Source of the DNA: a virus
Reading direction: 5' to 3' (one strand)
DNA: 64,000 nucleotides
IMG/VR virus record: IMGVR_UViG_3300021197_000993
Coordinates: 4,811-68,810 of that record
This document shows, piece after piece, positions 56,926-64,000 of the stretch. The notes beneath the pieces are model-generated. The model had not been told where the DNA came from. It ran no database searches and saw only the letters and a program-made list of their open reading frames with translations. Position 1 is the stretch's first letter. Every line of letters begins with the position of its first letter. The translations under genes and the position numbers were made by a program.

Positions 56926-59900
56926 TTGCGAATCCTGTTGTTGACTTTGGTCAATATGCGCTTGAGGCTGATATGGAGGGAACGCCGCCATACCTTCTCT
57001 CAACTCTTGCCCTGCGACTTGTCGTTGACGATATGCCGTTCTTGGGTTTTGCATCACCGGCGGCATGTTCGGGTCCGGTTGCGCTGGCCGACGGCGGTCT
57101 ACACTCGCGTCAAACCTTTGTCGCGCAATTTCTTGGCGTTCATCAAAGTCCATCGGTTGTTGTTCACCATTGACTTGTTTATTTGCGTAGTCGTAATGAG
57201 CCATCGTATCATAATTGTGTGGTCGCAATGTAGGATGCGCGAATGCTGACATCGTTTTCATGTTTGTAAGTTTCTTCATCACATCATCGGGTAGCGCGCC
57301 TTCTTTGTAAGCGCGTTGCAATTCTTCGTAGTTGTCAAACCCGTCAATACCTTCTTGTCCTTGCATCAGTTTGGTGAGGTCTTCTTGCATAGACCAGTTT
57401 GGACGCAAATGATAACGCATCATATCCAACATCGTATCAAACTTACTACCGTCAAGTTCCGACATTGCTTCTCCCTTGTCCAGCATTTTGTCTACTTCAA
57501 CCGGCTCAATAGTGGTCGTTGGGTTTCCGTTTCCGTCTTTGCCGTATTGAGCATGGCTGAAACCAAGTTGGTCGCCGACTTTTTCTGTGATGTTTCTCAT
57601 CACTTCTGCCTTGAATGCTTTCGGGTCAAGAACGAAGTCGCCACGATTACCGCGCGGAATGTGATGTTTCTTGATGAGGCCCATTTTACCTTTACCTTTA
57701 TCCATGCTTTTTTCATCCGCGTAGCCGTAAAGTTTTGCTACTTCGTCATAGAACAATTCGGGGTTGTATTGTTCTTTCTGTTGCCCGAATTGTTCAATCG
57801 TCAACCCTTCGGGTATAAACGGATGGTCAAGAGGATTTGCGTGGTCAGCCAAGAAAATCTCCAACCCTTTGAGTTTAGCGTATTGAAGATACATTGCGCG
57901 TATCTGCTTATTCAATTTAGAGGTGTAATCGCCACCAATACTTCGTCTACGACCGTTTTGTATCGTTGAAAGCATGTTTCCAACATCCTTCGCTCCGTTT
58001 TCTTTGAACGCTTTGGTAAGTTCATCGCTGAATGACAGCCCTTCTTCAACCATGTCGTAATTCTCCAAAGGCATTCCAGCGCGATTAGAAACTTCTGTGA
58101 GGTCAGCATGTTCAAGCCCAGTTGCCTTTTTCATAACCATAGGTAGGTTCTTCAAACCACCAATAGAGTCTACAATAGGTTTCAATTTTTCATCCGACAA
58201 ATCGTGTTCGCGCTGTTTCATTTTAATGAGGCGACGCGCTTCTTTGTTATTGGCGAAGAAGTCTTCCATATCCTCAAAACGAATATCGCGAGGTTGCGCA
58301 TTTGTTCGCGACGGGTCAAACAAACCTTCGCTTATTTCAGTTGGCGTTAAGAAACGACCGTGATAGAAGTGCAATGGTGGGTAATGCTGAAACTTCATCG
58401 GTAGTTCACCCGAAAATACATCATCAACTCCCAAATTGAATGCACCTTTTTCATCAACGGGTAAAGTTGGGGTTTGAGGCATTCTACCCTTCTCATCCGG
58501 GTCAACCGTGAAGTGCATCTCGGCCATCTCTTGCAACTCTTGCAGGTCATCGTTGAGTGAATGCATGTCATCGTTATGTAGACTGTGCGAATCGGGTTGT
58601 AGCAATCTGTTAATGTAATCTTGCGCTTCTTCAATGAAGGCATCCTTTTCGTTTTGAGTCATACTGTTGCCGCTCTTTGCAACAAAACTTTCAATAATTT
58701 TACCAAGAATCATCACACGCTCGCGAAGAGCCGTTTTGTGGTGTGAATCCATGAAGGCGTTATGTGTGCTTTGAAAGTTCAACTGCGCTAAGGCTTGTTT
58801 TGCTGGTGTTTCTTCACCCGCTTCTTTGGTGGGTTCGGGCTTTGGATTGGCGGCGAGTTCTTTGGCGCGTTCAGCGGCGCGGGCGCGGCCTTCTTCTTCT
58901 TCTTTTTCGTAGTTGCGTCCCACATCGGGGAGTTCCGGAGCATAATCATCCATTGAGAGTGGTATGTGTTGTTTCTTTCGCGCTCGCATAAGTTGCGCGC
59001 GGCTCATGTATTTACCACTTTCAAGTGCGTCTGCGTAAACTTGCGACGGTAAGGGAATCCGCGGCATCATGTCCCTCAAGAAGTCCGGCATATCATTTCT
59101 CAAGCGCGCATCAAACACTTGTCCGAACATTCTGTTGAGCAAATCAAACCCTTGACTCGTCATGCCGTCGTAATGGTGATTCTTTCCTTTGACGGTGTTT
59201 CCGTCTGCGTCTGTGTATCCTTCTTGGAGGTGTTCATCGTCATCAACACATCGTTTTCCGTGTCCGTGGCAATGAGAACACAATCCGTTGGACACACGCC
59301 CACCGATAACATCGGGGTCTTCGTGGTCGCAATCGGGACACGCGAGTTGTTCGTGGTCATTAACATGCATCGTATCAGCGTGTATGTGGTCAGCATAGGA
59401 TGGGGTATCGCGAGGACGACAGTGTGAAGCCATGTATTTGTTAATCGCCGCGCTATTCTTCACTTCACCTTTGAGTTCGGGAATGTGGTTTCGTAGATAT
59501 GTGGCGGCTTCATCTCGTGAAACATGGCCTGTTCCGTGGCAAGTGCCGCACAGCGTTGGTGCGTGTTGTCGCCAGTTGGAGTGCAACTTTTCAATCGGCA
59601 TAAACTCATAATCATTGCGAAGGATGGCACTTTCCGCACCGCGCGTGAAGTGAGAGTTGTGATGACGCTTCCTCATTTCAGCCTCACTCAACTGCCCCGC
59701 TTCGTTTGGCTCTTCGTTATGATGGTCTTGAGGAACATCTGCATGATTGATAATTTCTCCTTCGGGAACAAGATGAGCGAGACTATCGTTCAATTCTTTG
59801 TCAATGTGTTCAGCCATTTCGCCGTCGTGAATCAATCCCTTTGCGCGTTCAGCCTGTTCTTTTGTTAATGGGAAACCCATTTTGGCTCGGTGCGCTTTTA

Positions 59901-62900
59901 ACATGTTGATGTCATCAACGATAGGAGCGGCGAGATTATTAGTGAACTCACGGATGTTGGTTCCCCCCATTTCACCAAGTTTACCCATAGGCATGCGCGA
60001 ATCTTTGTATTCATCAATGGTGTGTGATTTATTCTCATACACATTGCCGTTGGATTGGGCCGCGAAGATGATGTCTTCTGTGTCTCCATAAAGGTCATCC
60101 ATGATTGCAGTAAGCCCCTCCAATTGGTCTTGACGGTTTTTCATACCGTGAACTTTCAGCAACAGTGGTCCGGCTTTGATAAATGCACCAAGCGCGTATT
60201 CATTTGTTCGCGAAAGGTTTTCTCGTGATGTAGCGAGTTGACTCTTGAGTTTTTCTTTTCCTTTGTCTATTCGGTTATTGGCATTTTTCAACTGCCGTTC
60301 CAGTGTGTCATATTTTGCTTTGAAGTCATTTTTCATTTGCTCAATTCTTGCGCGACCTTGAGGGTTATCATACACACCGGGATATTTTCTCTCTATGCCA
60401 GTTTCATCTGTTTCTTTTCTTTGCTTCAAGCCTTCTTCAGCACGCTTCAATTCACCAATGTCTTTGGCGTAGGTGCGCCATGTTTTATTTTGTGAAATCA
60501 ATTCCTTCTCTTTTTTGACATTTTCCAATTTTTTTCTCGTAAGTCTCATCGCATTTTGAGGGTCTTTGTAGATTTCTTGCGCGATGCTTTGTCGTGTAGC
60601 CTCGTCGCCCAACGCTCCCGGTTTGTATGTTTTACCGAGTTCACCTTGTGCGATAGCGTCAATCATTGTCAGTGCAGTATCAAGTGCATCCATGCGTGTC
60701 GCCACCAAAGTGCGAACGCGAGCCTTTTCGTGATGCGCGTCGTATGCGTCATCGTCGTTGAGGAAAAATGAGAGTGCGGCGAGTTGTTTACCACTCATAC
60801 CAGCAGAACCACCTGCTATCGTATTTTCAGCAGTTTTGTAGAGTCCAAATTGTTTGTAGATGTTGTGAGCGCGCGGATTACCACTTGCGACAGCGTTCTT
60901 GATGAGAGCGCGATAGCGACGAGCATTTCTCTTTTCCCACGCCATCTTTTGCCCTTTCTTTGCCGCACTTGCTTGAAAACTCTCCAATTTACTTTTGTTG
61001 AATTGGTCATCATCGGGGTAGATGTATTGAAGGATTTTTTGAAGCGTAGCGCGCTCACCTTCGTCTCCCAAAACTTTCAACTTTGCAGTTCGTCCACCTT
61101 GCTGATACTCTTCCAACAAAGGCATGGTCATCATTTTGTATTTGTAAGGCGTTTTGTCCCTTCTCTTCGGAGAATGCGCGTATGCTTCATCTGCTGTTCT
61201 GTTGCCAAAACGGTCCGGATGACACGCGACACACTCTTCGTCTTCGCCAATGAGGTGATGTTTGTGTTCCTCGGAAACTTCATCATCTTCACCTGCGCTT
61301 TGAAGAGCGTTGTGATGGTTTTGCCACCTCTTTTGTTGATGAATCACTTTCTGTTGATGTTCTTCATCCATTGCTTCGCGCTCTCCTGTGCGTTCCAAGT
61401 ATCGTAGCAAGCGTGTTATCTCGTATCCTTTGAGTGAACCTTTCTGTGTAAATTGACGACCCAAATACTTGAACGCGTCTTTGTATCCATCAACGCTCAT
61501 GTCAGCGTTGGTGTAGCGCATAGCCGCATTCAACAATTTTGTTCGCCAAGCAGGGTCATCGTGAGGAAAGAGAGCATGCATTCGCGACATGCGTCGGTTC
61601 ATTTGCGAACTCATTCTTTCCATCAACATCTGCGATTTGCCACCAAGCAATTCATCCAATTTTTTGTAGCGATTGCTGTCTTGTAGTGTTTGCGGATTTG
61701 AAAAGTGCAGAATGTCGTCAGCGGTGAGATTTATTTCTGCCAACTGTTTATCCACATCACCCATTTCACTCCTCAACTGCGCGTCTTGGTGATAATAGGC
61801 CGAAAAGCGCAAATCACTCAACACTCGTCCCATACCGACAAGATTGGATGCGAAGTCGCTTGTAGCACGAAGAATGCTTGATGTTGACGCACCATGTAGA
61901 GGGTGGCCCACTTCAAAGTCGTTGCCGCTCAACCCACCGAGTTCAGCAAAGTCGTCAATACGGTGTTTATCGTCTGCATCGTTTTTATTCGCACGATTGA
62001 GTTGTGCCGCCAACACTTGCATTTGATAGTCTTCTTCGGTCATGAAACCGCTGGATTTCATGCGCTCCAACTTAGCCAACTGTCGTTGATATTTTTGGTC
62101 TGCTTCGTCGTCCAACCTTTCTCCAAGTTCGGGGTCGCGCAACCCTTCTTCGGTGACACCTACACCCATTCTTGCTTCTGCCCCTTTACCTTCGCGCTCT
62201 TCTTGTGAGCCGGATATTGAAGCGTCGGGGATTGCCTCTTGTGGGTCATCCTTGTTGGCATCCAATTCACCACCGCTACGAATTGCGTTCATCAATTGAG
62301 GATGAAAATTGCTTGTGTCTTCTAATTGACCAAGTTGTTCTGTCAACGACTCAACAACCTCTCTACTGAATGCATTTTTACCAGCGACGAACGGCCTCAA
62401 AAGCAAATCGGGGACAGTAGCAACAGGCAATGCGATACCCAATTGTTTCGCGGCCTCTCGTAGCGACGGTGTAAGCGCGTTCTTTGATTTAACCGCGGTG
62501 ATTTCACCACCGAAACGACCCGCGCGTCCCGCAGTCCCAAACGGGTTGCCTGTCAAATCACTCATGAAATTGTTGAACTTTTCTTGTATTTCATTGAAAG
62601 CGGAGAGGGTATGTTCACTACGCATTTCGGCGGCTTGCCGCTCATACTCTTCTTCATCGGGTGTTATCCCCCGTCCTTTCGCACGCCGTCTTTCATTCCC
62701 TTTTTCATCAATGAAAGTTTCATAACGCTGTTCTCTTTGCTGTCTTTTTTCAGCATCTCGTCGTTCTGCTTCACTGGTGTCAACGGCATTGGTGCGTATC
62801 AATTCTACAAGTTGATTGACCATATTTGACGAGGGCTTTCTTAACGAAATAGACGGTGCATCCTCTCCACCGCGCCTCTCCATATCTGTCTGTTCAAAGA

Positions 62901-63690
62901 ATCTCGCGTAGTCCTCTCCCACTTCTTTTTCGCGTTCAACAGTGTCAACCTTTTCTTCGGGGTTGCGAAACATTGTGTCAAGCATTTCTTGTTGGCGCGT
63001 AGCCGCTTTATCTTGGTCGCTTTGAAACGAAGGGTCAGCGATTTCACCGCGTCGTCGTCGCTTTCTGTCAGCCATCTCCGCAATCTCTTCTGCGCTTAAT
63101 TGTCTCTCTTGTCGTGGAGTAGGGAGAATGTTGTCTTGGGACAATTCAACGGCTTTACCCAGCGCGAGTCCGAGCGGGTGTGTTAATCCTCTACCGTCGC
63201 TCAACAGCAAGTTTTGAATGCCCTTCAACTCATTCTCGTAGTATTGTGTATTTTCTCTACCATCAAGGAACGGTTGCGCGATAAAAGCCGATATGTCATC
63301 GCGCACACCTCTTGTGGCTCCCTGCATTTGATTGAGCGTTTCATTACCCTCAACTGCTTCGTGTTCTTCTTGACACTGTTTGAGTTCGGGGTATTCATTT
63401 TGCAACCTTTTGAGGTGCATTATGACAGGACGGTTGACAAGCAGGTCATCACCAAGTGCCGGAGTGTCTTCATCCGGCGCGTCATCCATTTTACGCGAAA
63501 GAAGTAGCGAGAGGTTGGTGTTGTTCATGCTAAGTAATTCGTAAAAGAAGTCCCACTTGTCTATTTCACTGTTCTCGTAGCGTTGTTGTATTCCGTCTGC
63601 GAACGGTGCAAGAGCCGCATAACCAGCGTTCGCTTGCTCTTCGCGGTGAGGCTTCTTATCGGCTTTGATGATACTGATGAGACGACCCAT
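56923..63690 (-). CDS. Giant (~2255 aa) hydrophilic protein with DnaJ-type zinc-finger motifs; probable internal virion protein
   Basis: Uninterrupted ORF with CGTCHGTG, CPDC, CSHCHGHG and CVACH. Start uncertain (63690 MGRLISIIKAD vs 63792). Confidence 0.75.
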   Translation of the reverse strand: MGRLISIIKADKKPHREEQANAGYAALAPFADGIQQRYENSEIDKWDFFYELLSMNNTNLSLLLSRKMDDAPDEDTPALGDDLLVNRPVIMHLKRLQNEYPELKQCQEEHEAVEGNETLNQMQGATRGVRDDISAFIAQPFLDGRENTQYYENELKGIQNLLLSDGRGLTHPLGLALGKAVELSQDNILPTPRQERQLSAEEIAEMADRKRRRRGEIADPSFQSDQDKAATRQQEMLDTMFRNPEEKVDTVEREKEVGEDYARFFEQTDMERRGGEDAPSISLRKPSSNMVNQLVELIRTNAVDTSEAERRDAEKRQQREQRYETFIDEKGNERRRAKGRGITPDEEEYERQAAEMRSEHTLSAFNEIQEKFNNFMSDLTGNPFGTAGRAGRFGGEITAVKSKNALTPSLREAAKQLGIALPVATVPDLLLRPFVAGKNAFSREVVESLTEQLGQLEDTSNFHPQLMNAIRSGGELDANKDDPQEAIPDASISGSQEEREGKGAEARMGVGVTEEGLRDPELGERLDDEADQKYQRQLAKLERMKSSGFMTEEDYQMQVLAAQLNRANKNDADDKHRIDDFAELGGLSGNDFEVGHPLHGASTSSILRATSDFASNLVGMGRVLSDLRFSAYYHQDAQLRSEMGDVDKQLAEINLTADDILHFSNPQTLQDSNRYKKLDELLGGKSQMLMERMSSQMNRRMSRMHALFPHDDPAWRTKLLNAAMRYTNADMSVDGYKDAFKYLGRQFTQKGSLKGYEITRLLRYLERTGEREAMDEEHQQKVIHQQKRWQNHHNALQSAGEDDEVSEEHKHHLIGEDEECVACHPDRFGNRTADEAYAHSPKRRDKTPYKYKMMTMPLLEEYQQGGRTAKLKVLGDEGERATLQKILQYIYPDDDQFNKSKLESFQASAAKKGQKMAWEKRNARRYRALIKNAVASGNPRAHNIYKQFGLYKTAENTIAGGSAGMSGKQLAALSFFLNDDDAYDAHHEKARVRTLVATRMDALDTALTMIDAIAQGELGKTYKPGALGDEATRQSIAQEIYKDPQNAMRLTRKKLENVKKEKELISQNKTWRTYAKDIGELKRAEEGLKQRKETDETGIERKYPGVYDNPQGRARIEQMKNDFKAKYDTLERQLKNANNRIDKGKEKLKSQLATSRENLSRTNEYALGAFIKAGPLLLKVHGMKNRQDQLEGLTAIMDDLYGDTEDIIFAAQSNGNVYENKSHTIDEYKDSRMPMGKLGEMGGTNIREFTNNLAAPIVDDINMLKAHRAKMGFPLTKEQAERAKGLIHDGEMAEHIDKELNDSLAHLVPEGEIINHADVPQDHHNEEPNEAGQLSEAEMRKRHHNSHFTRGAESAILRNDYEFMPIEKLHSNWRQHAPTLCGTCHGTGHVSRDEAATYLRNHIPELKGEVKNSAAINKYMASHCRPRDTPSYADHIHADTMHVNDHEQLACPDCDHEDPDVIGGRVSNGLCSHCHGHGKRCVDDDEHLQEGYTDADGNTVKGKNHHYDGMTSQGFDLLNRMFGQVFDARLRNDMPDFLRDMMPRIPLPSQVYADALESGKYMSRAQLMRARKKQHIPLSMDDYAPELPDVGRNYEKEEEEGRARAAERAKELAANPKPEPTKEAGEETPAKQALAQLNFQSTHNAFMDSHHKTALRERVMILGKIIESFVAKSGNSMTQNEKDAFIEEAQDYINRLLQPDSHSLHNDDMHSLNDDLQELQEMAEMHFTVDPDEKGRMPQTPTLPVDEKGAFNLGVDDVFSGELPMKFQHYPPLHFYHGRFLTPTEISEGLFDPSRTNAQPRDIRFEDMEDFFANNKEARRLIKMKQREHDLSDEKLKPIVDSIGGLKNLPMVMKKATGLEHADLTEVSNRAGMPLENYDMVEEGLSFSDELTKAFKENGAKDVGNMLSTIQNGRRRSIGGDYTSKLNKQIRAMYLQYAKLKGLEIFLADHANPLDHPFIPEGLTIEQFGQQKEQYNPELFYDEVAKLYGYADEKSMDKGKGKMGLIKKHHIPRGNRGDFVLDPKAFKAEVMRNITEKVGDQLGFSHAQYGKDGNGNPTTTIEPVEVDKMLDKGEAMSELDGSKFDTMLDMMRYHLRPNWSMQEDLTKLMQGQEGIDGFDNYEELQRAYKEGALPDDVMKKLTNMKTMSAFAHPTLRPHNYDTMAHYDYANKQVNGEQQPMDFDERQEIARQRFDASVDRRRPAQPDPNMPPVMQNPRTAYRQRQVAGQELREGMAAFPPYQPQAHIDQSQQQDSQ

Positions 63691-63744
63691 TGGTGATGGG
63701 GAGGGCGACCATACCCTTGAAGGTAGCGGTTGATGGAAAATTGG

Positions 63745-64000
63745 CTGGGATTTTTTTTTGGCCCCCACGAAAAAAATGTCTGTATTTCGCATGCGGTTAA
63801 GCAGGGCAAATTGCCACCGCGCGAGCGCGAGTCCGGCTAACGCGAGGGCAAATTGCGCGAGGCCGCGAGGGGTAGGTCTGTCTCGCGCGTGTTGCGCTTT
63901 CGCGGTAGGGTGAACAGGCTCGCAGTGTCGCGTTTAGCGTCGCGCTCAACTGCGCGAATCGCGGGTTGGTCGCGCGAAACACTTTCGCTCGCTCGCGCTC
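63745..64000. other. Non-coding GC/CGCG-rich segment preceded by T9...A7 tracts; possible module boundary or genome end
   Basis: Abrupt compositional shift with repeated CGCGAG/GCTC units and no credible ORF. Confidence 0.45.

Noticed and set aside
59257-61235. Three CxxCH motifs suggesting a multiheme cytochrome c
   Set aside because: Two are part of CxxCxGxG DnaJ-type zinc motifs. There is no signal peptide and no heme-maturation gene in the window.
63797-63982. 61-aa ORF at the right edge
   Set aside because: Low-complexity Arg/Ala translation of a CGCG-rich tract with no supporting RBS.

Overview
This window is the virion-morphogenesis half of a tailed HK97-fold dsDNA virus that most likely infects archaea. 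The evidence is (GA)GGTGA ribosome-binding sites, TATA-like elements about 22-25 nt upstream of apparently leaderless genes, and a gene set and order resembling magroviruses of Marine Group II/Poseidoniales; the taxonomy is inferred, not searched. Almost all genes are on the minus strand. From right to left they encode a ~2250-aa zinc-finger protein, a six-gene membrane cassette with an Arf-like small GTPase, a probable small terminase, three unknown proteins, the large terminase, small basic and Cys-rich proteins, a LAGLIDADG protein, the portal, a 2002-aa protein ending in an apparently dead DNA-ligase fold, protease/scaffold, major capsid, neck and tail tube, a tail chaperone with a -1 slippery site, tape measure, a ~5100-aa LamG tail protein, hub and tail fibre. 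Three observations stand out. (1) A shared 'AWxxLK' peptide tags unrelated small proteins (ART-like, HiPIP-like, metallothionein-like, basic), a candidate capsid-cargo addressing system. (2) The GTPase/membrane operon is a candidate egress system. (3) Six 4-bp palindromes appear strongly avoided while CGCG is abundant. Several probably real ORFs missing from the supplied track were translated by hand. All family assignments come from motif recognition and need HMM or structure searches.
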